A stretch of 64,000 nucleotides of DNA, from contig CM052837.1 in NCBI GenBank assembly GCA_028534125.1, positions 35,712,001-35,776,000 on the forward strand, given 5' to 3'. Within the stretch, counting starts at the first letter, position 1. Each line of letters starts with the position of its first letter. The DNA is from Lama glama (taxonomy: Eukaryota). The notes under the pieces are model-generated. The model was not told the origin of the DNA and made no database searches. It saw only the letters and a program-made list of their open reading frames with translations. A program made the translations under genes and the position numbers. Positions 35,455 to 48,036 of this stretch are shown one piece after another.

Positions 35455-35620
35455 TTAAAGGGGGAGGATTCAAATCCCAGACCCCCATCTGTCGTCCGGG
35501 AAAGTTACTCGATTGCTAAGTTTCACCGATGACACTAGAATGATCACTCCCACTTTGTAAGGATTCCACCAGGTGACATGAACCGCAGCTCAAGGCAGCC
35601 AGGTAGATGCTGTGTTATTA
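35455..35620 (+). mobile_element. MIR fragment
   Basis: ggattcaaatcccagac...ccgggaaagttactc...gtaaggatt. Confidence 0.45.
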
Positions 35621-38600
35621 CTCCCATCACATAGGGCCGATGTTTCCCGAGGACTCACCTTTTGGGAGTGGACTGGATGTGACCTAGTAAACTGGACGGT
35701 GATCGGCCCTTGCACTGGTAACTCAGAACAACTTTCTCCAACGACGATTCAGGAAGGAGGGGTCCCGCAGCCCGTGCACTGCCTCAGCTGGTGCAGACGT
35801 CCAGGCGGCCGAGCGGCCAGAGGTCCTGGACCCCAGGCCTGTCCCCGCGTGCGCCTGCCTGTGCTGAGACCAAGGCTCCCTGCGCGATCTTAGCGGCCGT
35901 GCTGTTTGCCCCTGGCTGCAGTGTTGCACAAAGGACGAGTGTTGTAAACTTCTTTCCTTTCAGACTTGGCTATTATTACCACTCCTGCTCTCGAGAAAGG
36001 AAACACGGATTTAACTAAGTCAGTGCAGCCCGTCGGAGACAAGGCCCCCCCGACCCAGGGCCGCGCCAGGGCACCGCCAAGGGAGGGCTTTGTTTTCTCG
36101 GCTTCCCGTCGAAATCCACAGGTGTCAAGGCTTCGACAAGGCTCCCCGTTCACGACATTGCCGCGGGTTTGTAGGCCGCCTCAGGCAGGCCAGCGATCAC
36201 AGGAAGCCACTACTGGAGCAGCGGGGGCCTTCGCTGGAACCATCTACAGGCCATTCGTAGAAATGATGAGGGCTCCAAACAATGGGAGCGGAAGGGGCTC
36301 CAGGAACCGCAAGCCCTGGAGGGGCGGCCTGGGCATTCCTCGGGCAGCAGGCCTGGGGCTCGCGGGTGATCCCGGAGAGGAGGGGGGACAGGTGTCCTGT
36401 CGGGGTGCCCGGCCTGCACCATCGGGAAGGAAGCTGAGACCCGTCTCCTTAAACGGCACATGCACTCTGGTGTGTCCTGACACACCCACCGTCGTGGGAA
36501 GCAGCCTCCGTGGCACAGAGCGGCCAGCCCTCCGACTCGCCCCCCCGCGCAGCCAGGCCTGACGCGATCAGCAGAGTGTGCTCTGTTCCCTCAGTCCCCG
36601 CCTTCTCCGCCAGGCCTGGGGACGCCTCTGGTTGTCTGGTGCAACGGGGTTTTGAGCCGATTTTCCAGCCGATGACCTCGTCCTTCGAAAGGAAGCACTT
36701 GCTGCGTGAGTATCTCCGGAAGCCGCCTGCAGGGGAGTCACGGCGACGAAAGTCCGTGTGATGAGTTACGGCTTCCTCGGTGGATTCGAGGGAAAAACCC
36801 TTTCATCTGAACTCTGGAATTTTCTCCCGCTCAGCAAAGAGTTCCAGGTGTCTGGGTGGAAGGCGTCCTGCTAACTTGGACCTCCGAGACCCACGCGCCT
36901 CAGCTGTCTGGCAACTGTTCCTTCTTTTCGCAGAGACACACCATCTGCTCCCGGATGCTCCAGAGGGACCGTCCACATCGTATGGGGTGTTTATCACACG
37001 GTCACCACTCCTGTGCGTGCAGAAATGTTTTGTCTACACGTATGAAACATTCGTCAAGGGACTGAAAGCATTTCCTACCATTTGCCTCAATTCATTCTCT
37101 GATTTCAACACCCGTCAAGGAAATCCGGTCTCGGTTGCTTTAAGCCCTGCACCCTCCCTCCCTTTCCTCTCAAAACCAAACCGTCTATCATTTATTTTCT
37201 AAGAATATAGAAGGTGTCCCTGCCTTCGGTTCGCTGTCTATACAAATAAACTGTGCAGCTTAGGAGAGGGGAGCACACTTTTTCACCAGCGGAAGTGAGC
37301 CGTGGCTCCAGCTGTGACCGCCAGTGGGTGAACGGCCCCCTGCCAGTCAGGACCCCGCTTCTGCCTTCGGAGTGCGCACTCGGACGTGTGGTGGTTGTAA
37401 CAGTGGTGTGAGTCTTAACCCTGTCTGTGGGCGTTTGTCCCGGTGAAGCATCTGAATATTCCATTACACGGTGACTATGAAGCAGGGGGGAAGGCTGAAC
37501 CGTGGCGTGAAGTATTCGCCTGGCGGAGACGGCCAAACCCAAAACCCATGTTTTTTGTAGGGCTTTGGATGTCTTAAATAATAATTTTTTTTCATTTTGT
37601 TTTCCACTTGTCTAGAAAATTCTGTCTTCAGGTCCATGATAATTACCTTAAACCCACCTTCTTTGGTAAACGGCGACCAAGAATTTCACTGCGACAGGGC
37701 AAGTGTTAGAACAGCTTCTTTCCAAAAATCTCAAAGTCTCCTTGTCGCTGAAATCTCAAACTCCACCACTGTAAAAAAAAAAAAAAAAGTAAAATAAAAA
37801 GCGAGCTAGCATATCCGTTTGCATCTGTCTTATCCTCTCACTGCACCTTGTTATTTGAAGGGAGCGTGATCTAGCCGCGTGACTTGCACCTGACGGAAGC
37901 CCCGGGGAAGGGAAGCCCCTACCAGACAATTTGAATAAAGAAGACGATTCCTATTAGGGTATCAGATTGTGTCAATAAGCCTGCACGGTTCTTAGACGTC
38001 ATGAACGGAACTGAGCGTGTGTTTAAGGAGCTTAGCAGCATCCAGTGACATCTGGTAGCCCTTCCCTCCCAGGTCAGGCCACCCCCGTCTGTCAGACAGA
38101 GACGACGGGATTACCTAAATTAACACCCTTCCAGCTCTAATTGAATTCTATTTTCTCAATCCCGAATAAATACATTTCAACTGCTGCTGCGGTCAGACGG
38201 AGAGAAAGAGCGTCTTTAATGCCTCCCCTGTGGATTCAATGCCTGTTCTACCTGGGAGAGTAATGATGCCAACATCCCAGGACCACACTGAAGGGATAAC
38301 GGTTAGTTAAACATGCCAGGTCTTTATAGAGCAGATAAGCATTTTAATTTGCATTTATGAAAATCAAAACGTGAGCTCGGGAAGCCAGCGCAAGTTTGTG
38401 CCTCCCCAGGCCCTGGAGCCGCAAAGCCGTAGGATCAGGAAGCAAGGCGGGTGCTGTGCTTTCCCTCAAGGACCTGCCACTGTCCCGTCTGTCCCCGCAC
38501 AGAGTTCTCGAGAGTGGTCTTTAAATCGGCACCTCTGACGGCCCACCCGCCTGGCTGACGCCTCCAGCAGCCTCCAGTCCCTCTGCCCCCAAGACCAGAG

Positions 38601-38659
38601 GAACCAACGTGGCTGCCGTGGCCCAGGCTTGGCCCGTGGATTTCCCCTCCGCCACACCC

Positions 38660-38925
38660 TGCCACTCTGTCACTTCCTGCCCTTCCTACTCACGGTTCCC
38701 TTGCACCCCAGGACCTTTGCGTATGCTCTTTCTGCCTACAAAGCTCACACACAAGATCTGTAATCACCTGGTTATTGACGTCATTGTTGGATTCTTGTGT
38801 ATCTGTACTGATTCCAGGGCCCTCAGCTCATTCATTCAATATCACAGACCCAGAACATTTCGCCCAGCACCCAGTATGGTCTCCATAAGTTTCTGATTGA
38901 TTCAATGAATACATCAATCGATTGA
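38660..38925 (+). mobile_element. L2 3' end
   Basis: cccaggacctttgcgtatgctctt...cccagaacatttcgcccagcacccagtatggtctccataagtttctgattgattcaatgaat is a degenerate L2 terminus with its tgaa-type tail. Confidence 0.65.
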
Positions 38926-41199
38926 TCAATGCCCTAATTTGCAAATTCTGTTGAGCCTAAAAATAAACAAGCAATTTAGTCAATTTATTCTTGGTGACTC
39001 CCATGATCCAATACCTCTTAAATCCAGAATTACTCCCTGTTCATTAATGTCCATATTCTTTGCTCTCATTTCTCTTTGCTCCATCCCTTACAATTTTCAG
39101 GTGAGTCAACCCATCACAATTTACCCAAGCGACACTGGACTCCCCCTCAGTACCCAGACCTTCATTTTCTGCACCTGCGATTCCTTCCTGAGGCAGTTTG
39201 ACGGCACAGCAGCTACGACTCCCTCTCGAGTTCTCGGTGCAGCATGTTCCAGGGCTTCCCAAGATGTGGCCTCCCTCCTCCCCTGCTGCCCCTGCCCGAA
39301 AGGTGACTGTGACCCCCGGCGCTCTTTGCAAACGTGGCCGAGGGTGTTACCCACCTGTCTGGGCTCTAGGAAATGCCTGGGGAGACGGCCCATTGGTTCC
39401 AAACTGGGAAGCCAGGGTCCTCTTTTCAGCCAGCAGCTCAGGACACCAGGGGGAGACTTTAGGGACAGAGAGAGCCTGCGGGGGGCTGGCAAGTGTTAAC
39501 AATGCGCTTTCAGCAGAAGGGCTGGGAAGGACTCCATCTGTAGTGTCCGCCCATTTCCCTGATGTAAATACTCTCACTGTGGTCAACTGTGAGTCAGCAG
39601 TGTGGGTCCCACGAGGGGAGGGGAGGGGAGGGGTGAGCAGGGGACTCTCATGGGTCCCAGGAGCCGCTTCCAACACCAGGGTGCCTTGGGTTCACCAGAG
39701 AGGACACAGGAGCAGCAAGAGCTGCTCCCTTTGGTCCAGCTCGGTTCTTGCCCGGGACACACCTGTGTCACATTTTCACAGCGCTGACCCCGCCACCCGC
39801 GGGGACATGCTTGTTACCCGGCGTGCTGGTCGACCTCCTGCAGAGACTCGGACGCTCAAGGGAACAGAGGCCCTACTGTCCTCTTCTGAGGAAGCCTGGC
39901 CCCGCTGCCCAGCTCCCGTGTCTGCTCAGCCCCCCTGCCTTGATTTCCTCGTCGAGCGGAAGACGGTTCCCACCTCTGGCTACGAGAACCTGCAAGAAAA
40001 AACTGGATTCAGTCTCGGTCCTAAGTGCTTATCAGCTGTTGTCTTCCTGGAGGCCCTTCTGAGTCTTCGGAAGCGCTTCCCTAACCACCTAACGAAACGG
40101 ATTGAAAGCCGCACACCTAACTCGGGTATTCCATGGGAGACGTCTCTGCAGCTCTAAAACCACAGGCAACATGCTGGGGAATCCGACGAAACAGCCTCCT
40201 CAAAATAAGACCAACGGCGGAGTGAGCGGACGCAGGGCAGGGGGCAGAACACGCGAGAAGCCGCAAACCTCAAGTGTCCTTCGCCTCGCCCCCAGCCCAG
40301 GGAAGCCTTCCTCTTAGCCCGACTCTCCTGCTTCAGGTTCCACCCTCCCCCCCGGCCCCGCCTCCTGGCGGCAGAGGAGAGTGTCTCATTGAATAGAAAC
40401 CCAACTATTTACGTCCTGTGAATCAGGGGCTTGGAAATCAGACTCCAGAGCCTGGACTGGGCGCAGCCTGACTGCCTCGCCCGCGAGCCCGGGAACCAGG
40501 CCTGCCATCTGCTTTGAGGAGATGAGGAAAGGGCTTGGGGGGAGGCGGAAGGGAGAGGACCCTCAGCCTGCAGAGTCCACTAGCAAGCGGCTTTGACTCT
40601 GTCTTGTGTTTGTTTTGGGGGTGTGTGCATGTCAGCGGGAAGGAGAGAGGCCAAGAAGGAGTCCTGGTTATGGACGGGGAAGAGCAGCCTCTTCGCCCGA
40701 TGAGCAGCAATCCAGATGTGGGCGAAGCACGAGGCTCGAAGCACAGCTGCTGGTGCAAATTTGTGTCTCCGAAGTTAGCGTCAAAGGTCGAGCGTGGGCT
40801 GCGGAGAAGCAGCCCCCGGTCGGGCGCGGCATCTGGGCGCTGGGGCGGCAGAGGGAGGATCCCCTCTGCACGTGCAGCTGGGCGCCTCCACTCGCCGTCG
40901 CCCCCGACCCTGGGCACAGGAGCCCTGTGCGTGCGACGCTGGAGCAGAGGTGGGGCCCCGGCCTCCCGATGGTATGAGCAATTGTCTGAAATAGAAGTCT
41001 TCCTGACAGTGGAGATTCCTACTTGTCCCCTTAGAAATTGAGCTACTTTTTAAAAGCACGATACTGACACCCTCCCCTTGTATTCACGGGGCCCCCTAGG
41101 ATCTGTCCACGTGGCAGCGTGTCCCCACAGCCCCACTGCCCTTACGAAGACAGGGTCAACCTCCCTATCGCCGTAACGGAAACGGCGGGGCTGTCGGCC

Positions 41200-41872
41200 C
41201 TGCCGTCGGAGAGCGTGACTGACATCTGACGCGCCACACCTGTTTAGCGTGTGTGTAATTGATAGTTCGACACAGGACACACCCATGAGACCACCCCCGC
41301 AGTCCACCTCTAGTTTGGACTCTGTCCCCTCTAGAGGCTCCCTTCTGCCCGTCGTCACGGCCCCACCCCTGCTTTTGTGCCCAGACACCCACGAGCTGCT
41401 CTCCAGCACCAGAGACTAATTTCCATCTTCCCGAGTTTTACAGACGTGGAAGGGCACGTGCGTGTCTGGCTTCTTTCACCCGAGTGATTGCCCTCAAATC
41501 CGTCCCCGTGGCCACTGTGCCCACAGCCCAGCCTTTCTATCAGAGCTGCTTCCGTTGCGTGGATGCTCCACGGTTTCTCAGCGCTTCTGTCCATGGACAT
41601 TTGGGGTGTTTCCAGTTTGGGTCGATGCCCATGAAGTAGCTCCCACAGCCCTGGACGTGTTTCTGCGCAGACGAATGCTTGCTTTTCTGACAAACACCCG
41701 GGAACGGGCTGTCTCGCTCACATGGTGGATGTAAGTTTACCTTTTTCGTTGTTGAGGCACAAATGACATGACATTATACCAGTTCCAAGTGTACAACATA
41801 AAGATTTCATATTTGTATGAGGTTTAACTTTTTAAGACACGACCAGGCTGCTTTCCAAGGTAGTTGCCACAT
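41200..41872 (-). mobile_element. L1ME-like 3' end carrying a nested short L1 insertion
   Basis: acacacccatgagaccacc, tgtctggcttctttcac, catggacatttggggtgtttccagtttggg and gtttaactttttaagacac...gctttccaaggtagttg. Confidence 0.8.
41747..41820 (-). mobile_element. About 75-bp L1 extreme 3' end inserted in the L1ME
   Basis: ttgaggcacaaatgacatgacattataccagttccaagtgtacaacataaagatttcatatttgtat, flanked by gtttaccttttt (41735-41746) and gtttaacttttt (41822-41833). Confidence 0.7.
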
Positions 41873-43189
41873 GTATATGCACGTATATATTTGTACACTT
41901 TATATGCATTTATTTATATACCTAAAGCACCACGTCAATTTGTACACAAACCTATGTAAGGGGTGTGTTTGCATGTTTGTGTCTTCATCACGTAGAAGAA
42001 TTCACATCAAACTCAACACTTCCCTCCACAAGGTACAACTGAGGCTCTGAAATTTTACCTCAGTTTTGAAATAATTTTCCAGCATGTGTTACTTAAATAA
42101 GTTTTAAAAATTACTTTATAGACAATAGAGGGTGTTGGGGGGAAGGGCCTGCCGTCACCCCTCCGGGACTTGACCCACCTTGTGCACTTTGACCCTCCCC
42201 GGGCTGTTAACGCCACGTCCCCAGGCACCTGTCTCCACCTACGAACGAGTGTGGGAGAGCCAGGTGAGGGTGTGCTGTGCGTCAGGTTCGCAGACACAGC
42301 ACCCACCCCGCACCCTGGATTGTGGGGCGACCAGCCCCAGCACCGGGTGAGCGTGCTGCCCTCACAGCCTCCGTCTCACCTTGATGAACTTCTCCCAGGG
42401 ACCTCAGACATCTGTCCCAGCGAGCAAAACCCTTCACCAGACTTCTTCTCCCAAATGATGATCGTGTGTCACGGGGACATGCTGTCGCGTGAGATTACGT
42501 TACTAGCGTTTCTGAGTGCACCTAACCAGCCCTCTGTGTGATGAAAACTCCAGGGAAAGAAGATTTTGCAGATGGTAGGTGGCAACCGAGTTTTGAACGA
42601 TGGCCCGAGAGCACCTTTCTGAGTAGCATCCCTCCGTTCTCTTGAACAGCAGCCCACTCTGCGTTTTGAAAGATCAGACACCGGATTAGCCCCCAGAGAA
42701 GCGTCACTAACGTGGCTCCCCACGCGGAGGTTACGAGAGGCTCCTCCGTCGGGGGCCACAGCCCAACCCGTGGCCTTCTGATCAGGAGGCTCGAGGCGAG
42801 ACACCTAGTGGGAAGGGGGGGGGGTCCCGGCCAGCGAGCACAGAGACCCGATGGCCCCGCGCCCTGCCCAGCGCTCCTTCCAGCCCCTGCAAATGGCGAG
42901 AGTCTGGGAACCTGTGCGGAGAGTCATCGCGGCTCCCAGGAGAGAAACGCCCCTCTAAGGACCAGGACGCCGCTCAGGGTGGACTCTCTCATTTCAGGAG
43001 ACGCCGGTCACGGCCAGGGGTCCGTGCGCTGGGCTGGGTATAGGAAGGTTACGGGATGACCTTTGGGAGTCCCCCTGCATTTAGTTAAATGTAACTGCTT
43101 CCGGGTAGAACTGACTTAGTATTAAACTCATGTCAGTTTTTAAACGTGAGTCGCCCCCATTGGTAATAAATATAAAGTTGAAACACCAC

Positions 43190-43340
43190 TTTGAGTCAGT
43201 TTTGAGTCCATTGTGGACACGCGGCTCACTTTATGACGTTTGTAAATGAGCGAGCGTCTCTGGGCTTCAGTTTTCTCAGCTGTAAAGTGAAGGTGATAGC
43301 ACCTGCCTTGCAGGCCTGGCACGTGTGAAGCCACTTAATT
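43190..43340 (+). mobile_element. MIR
   Basis: tctctgggcttcagttttctcagctgtaaagtgaaggtgatagcacctgccttgcagg. Confidence 0.7.
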
Positions 43341-43449
43341 AGAAGCAGTGCTGGGAGCGTGATACAGGCTACGGCAGTGTTGACATGAGCGTTCATGTCA
43401 TTTCTGTCTAAAGTTGGATCCCCTTTGCTTCAGTAGAAGGGCACCCACT

Positions 43450-43960
43450 GTCACTCACTCACTCATCCGTTCATTTATACGACCAATAATATTTATCAAG
43501 CACCTAGTATGAGCTGGTGGCAGGGTCTCAGCTAGTCGTCGTGAACAAAGCAGAATTTAAAATCGGGGAGCAGAGGCATGGCGTGGAGGTGCAGGTGCCA
43601 AAGGGCGTATCAAGGGAACCTGCCAGGGACAGCGGGGGGGATGCAAAGGGAGGGTGGGGATCTACGAAGGCTTGGGCTGGAGCCATGACTCTGTTCTAGA
43701 AAGAGCAGGTGGCAGAGGAGCTGAGAACAGCGACAGGGAATGCCAGTTCACGGGCGGCTGCACTCTTCTGACGGGAGGATGAGGGTCGTTTGGAAGGGAG
43801 GCCAGTAAATGTGGGAGATCGTCCAGAAGATGAAGTTCGGAGATGGACTGGATATGAGGGTGCAGGAAACGGAGGCATCAGGAATGGCTCTGAGATTTTG
43901 AGCTTCCGTATCTGGGTGGAAGGTGCAGGCCTTGCCTGGAGCGGGAACCGCTGGAACACT
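43450..43960 (-). mobile_element. L2 3' region
   Basis: cactcactcactcatccgttcatt...atatttatcaagcacctagtatg (antisense L2 tail) and gatggactggatatgaggg...ggcatcaggaatggctctgagattttgagctt. Confidence 0.75.
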
Positions 43961-44214
43961 GTGTCTCCGGGGAAAGGGCCGCAGGTGAGGAAGATGCAGC
44001 CATTGTGGAATAAGAAAGGACTGGGTGCTTCCTGGGTGCCTACCAAAGAGTCTTTTCTAAAGGAAAAAAACGGGCTTGAGGCTTTTATTGAGTTGTTCAA
44101 GTACCGACTGTTTAATAGGAGTAACTCTGCGAAACAGGACAAAACGGTGGCTGTCCAGGCTGTCACATACGGGACAGGAATACTGTGTAATTACACACAG
44201 TCACCCCATCCAAG

Positions 44215-44310
44215 ACGACCCAGAGAGAGTCAGAAAACTGACTTGTCACCCGACTAGAAGTAGCAGAACATGAATTTGAACCCAGATCGGCCTGAGTCCA
44301 GGCCCTATTG
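44215..44310 (-). mobile_element. MIR fragment
   Basis: tgacttgtcacc...agtagcagaacatgaatttgaacccagatcggcctgagtcca. Confidence 0.6.
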
Positions 44311-44589
44311 CCATTCTAAGGGCACCTTGCAGAATTCTCGAGAATTCTTTTGTGGAGGTTAAAAGAGAGAAATCTTGAAAGTAATGAAAAGGTGAGATAA
44401 CATCTTGCAGATTTCCAGTGTGAGATACAATTGGTGGGCATTCACGAGCCTTGGCAGGTACTCTGACAGTTGCTTAGAAGATGCCCCAGCCAGGTAGCCA
44501 GATAAGATCAAGTCTCTGTAATGGAATTTCTGTTCACTGTGAGTGAATGAAACACAGCGCAAGCAGAGTGGAGTGAAAGCCTTCAGATT

Positions 44590-47330
44590 TTACTTCAATG
44601 ATGGAGAGACCCAGAGAGATTATTACTTCCACCTTTATAACAAGTGAAGGACTAGACAAACTGCCAGCCGCTGACTTCTCTTGAACCCATCACAGAATCT
44701 AAGTTGCAGAGCAAACACAAAAAACCCAAAACCTGGGGAGAGACAGATGCTGGCAGGGAAAAAGAAGACCCACACATTTGCTTATGCAGAGCAGATGTTA
44801 CCTGAAGGCACGTATGCTAAAGGAAAACTCAGCTTTAAATTGTTAACTAATAGGGGCCAAGTGCAGGCGAGCCTGAGCGTGTAAAGTGCGTGGTGACTAT
44901 AGACATGGGGAAGGTTTGCACCATCTTACGAACACACCCAGTGTCGCAGGTTTGCATGCAAAAGTGAAATATGTGTGAACTACAAGGCAACAATGCATGG
45001 GGGGCGGGGGGGAGGGAGGAACCAGGGACGCCCTGCCCTAAGTCCCTTGCCCTACCCGTGAAATGGTATCATATTACTTGAAGGTGAACCTAGATTTTTT
45101 AAAAAGTATATTGTAGATACTAGGGCAAACATTAAAAAATAAGAGGTATAAATATGTAACAGAAGAAATAAAATGCAATCGTAGAATGCATAGTTAAACT
45201 TAGAGAAGGCCGAAAGAGGGAGAAATTTGTAAAAAGTGAAATGAACAGAGAACAGCAACAAAATGGTATGTTTTCACCCAGTGCTATCAATAATCATTTT
45301 AAATGTGAATGGTCTAAATAAATGACAAAAGACAGAAATGGTCAGGTTGGATTAAAAGCATGGAAGACTCAACTGTATGGTGTCCAGAAGAAATCCATTT
45401 TAAACTTAAAGACACAGATGCAATGAAAGGAAAAGTAGAGAGAGTGACGTACTGTGCAAGCACAAACTGATGGAAAGCTGGAGTGGCCGTATTATTTCAC
45501 ACACAGAATGCAAGGCTGGTTCAACATCAAAACTAGAATAATTCATTGCATTAATACTATAAAGAAGAAAAACATAAGACCATTTTAATAAAGGTAGGAA
45601 AATTAATCAGACAAAATTCAACATCAATTTATGATAGACTGTCTCAGCAAACTAGGAAAAGGAAGGAACATCTTTGACCTAACAAAGGTCACCTACAGAA
45701 ATAAAAGCTTAAAAAACTTACAGCTAACAACACAGTAAGTAAAGAGAAACTGAATGCTTTTCCCCCTGAGATTAGGAACAAGTCAGAGCCATCCCCAACC
45801 CCCATTTCTATCCGACTCCACCCTGGAAGGCCTGGCCAGCGAAATAAAGAAAGTAAAGAGATAAAAGGCTAATGGCATGCAGCTTACAAAGGGACAGATG
45901 AAACCGTCTTTATCTGCACGTGGCATAAGTCTTTCCTGGGAGAAATCACAACGAATCTCAAAAAGAGTTCCCAGAAGGGACATGTGAGATTGGCAGGGTC
46001 TCAGGACGCAAGGCCAACGTGCCAGTGACTTGTTTTCCTCTGCTTCATCAATGAACAGTTGGATTCTGAAACTTCTAAAAGCAAATAGTCAACTGCCTTT
46101 TGACAAAGGTGCACTGATAATTTGACAGAGAGTCTATAGTCTTTGGGGGTTTGTTTGGTTCTTTCTTGGGGGAGGTAATTAGTTTTACTTATTTATTTCC
46201 TAATGGGGGCACTGGGGATTGAACCCAGGACCTCGTGCATGTTGAGCTGTACCCTTCCCTCCTCCATAGTCTTATCAACAAATGCTGCTGGATGTTTTTA
46301 TGGGGGGAAAAGGAACCTCAACACAAATTTCACATACTACACACAAAAAAATCTAAAGGTAAAACAAAATGTTAAAATTATGGAAGAAAACGTCTTCTAG
46401 AGACTTTGTAGGGAGAAAATCCATGTGACCTGGGTTTGGCAATGAGTTTGTGGCCATAACACCAAGACTTTCATCCTTGAAAGAAAAAAAAAATGGTAAA
46501 CTGGACTTTTTTCAAACCAAAACGTTTACTTTGTGAAAGACACTGTTAAGAGAATGAGAAGACAAACTACAAACTTGGGAAAATATTTTCAAACCACACA
46601 TCCAATAAGAGACTTGCATATGGTACACATAAAGAACTCTTAAACTCAAAAACCCAATTTAAAAGTGGGTGAAGATCTGAACAGACACCTCACCAGGTGA
46701 TAAATGGATGCCAAGCAGGCATAGGAATAAATACTCGACATCCTTAGTCGTTAGGGAGCTGCAGACTGAAACAGCAATGAGACACCGCCACACGCTCATC
46801 AGAACGGCTGAAACACAAAGGGACGGCGCCCAGTGCTCCTGACCGCGCAGTGAGAGCCAGAAGCACCGTCAGCCAGTGCCGGAGGGAACGCAAGTGGCCC
46901 GGGAGCTTCGGTCAGGAGGCGTCCACATTCTCACACAGCTGAGCTATGCCACCCGGCCATCCTACTGTTAAGTATTACCCGCGTGGACTGAAAATGTGTG
47001 GTCAAGGAAAACCGGTACACAGGTATTTATAGAAGCTTTATTCTGAACTGCCCCAATTGGAAACAATTCACGTGCTCCTTAACAGGTGAATGGATTATCA
47101 AACCATGGTATTGTTTGTAAAATGGGAAACTCCCCATCAGTACAGAAGAATGTCATCAGTTCACACAACAACGTGGATGACTCGCAAGTGTGTTCTGCTA
47201 AGTGGAAAAGGCCAGACCCAAGAGGCAACACACTGTGTAATTCCATCTATGAGACATTTTGGAAAAGCAAAACCACAGGATGGAAAAGAGACCAGTGATT
47301 ACTCAAATGTGGGGCTGGGAGAGGAATTCA
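44590..47330 (+). mobile_element. Old L1 (L1MC/ME-like), heavily internally deleted: 5' region, EN start, RT, ORF2 end and 3' UTR
   Basis: ctatcaataatcattttaaatgtgaatggtctaaat = LSIIILNVNGLN (45284, EN N-terminus); aaagctggagtggcc = KAGVA; atgcaaggctggttcaacatc = MQGWFNI (45508); caactgccttttgacaaaggt; 3' UTR gacattttggaaaagcaaaaccacagg. May be more than one element. Confidence 0.85.
46144..46265 (-). mobile_element. tRNA-Ala-derived camelid-type SINE inserted in L1, with TSD
   Basis: gggggaggtaattagttttacttatttatt...actggggattgaacccaggacctcgtgcatg...tgagctgtacccttccc; perfect 8-bp TSD atagtctt at 46136-46143 and 46266-46273. Confidence 0.9.
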
Positions 47331-47399
47331 GTACAAGAGGCCATACAGGGGGAAAGGGCATTGTCACAGCCTCAGCCTCTCTCCCTAAAATGTTCACTG

Positions 47400-47585
47400 A
47401 TTCCTGGAGTGGGTTTAACAAACGTCCACGCGTTCTTTAACATTCCTCCCTCCGGGAGATGGAGCTTAATTCTCTCCCTTGAGGATGGGCTGGTTTTAGC
47501 AATTCCCTCCTAATGACCAGAGCCTGGACAGGGAGAAAGGGTAAGTCTGCAGTGGAGGAATCCGGGAGAGCACCTTATCCATGTG
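47400..47585 (+). mobile_element. L1MD/L1MC3-like 3' UTR fragment
   Basis: gtccacgcgttctttaacattcctccc...gatggagcttaattctctcccttgaggatgggctgg...ctgcagtggaggaatcc. Confidence 0.65.
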
Positions 47586-47959
47586 GTGGGGTTTCCACCG
47601 CCGGTCACGCGTGCCGACAGCTGGGACCCCTGCACCGGGAGAGGAGGGGAGCGCCCCTCCTCTGGGGCCGCCTTCTCCCAAATCCACAACCTGCTCCTTC
47701 ACACACACGCACTCGCTGACACAGACCTCCCGTCATGCACACGTGGACACAGGCTGCCCACTCACATCCACACACAGACACACCCACCCGCAGAGACACA
47801 CACACACTGACACTCCCCACGCCTCGCGCACGTCCTCCGCGCATGACCAGCCCGGGTTCAGCTCTCCCTGGCTTCCATGCTCATGATCTTGTTGGCGCAT
47901 TTGCTCGTCTGCAGTCACTGTGGTCCCTGCTCCAGGAGGGACCTTCGGCAGCAACGCCA

Positions 47960-48036
47960 TCTCTTTTACCGTCTGCTCCCCAGCACCCAACGCAGTGCCT
48001 GGCACAGTAGAGACTTAATAAATATTTGCATTTGAG
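47960..48036 (+). mobile_element. L2 terminus
   Basis: ccccagcacccaacgcagtgcctggcacagtagagacttaataaatatttg. Confidence 0.75.

Noticed and set aside
47075-47095. AG|GT motif ttaacag|gtgaat, and similar ones at 10152, 18315, 25520 and 48935
   Set aside because: They lie inside repeats, have a weak donor, or lack a long AG-free pyrimidine tract.
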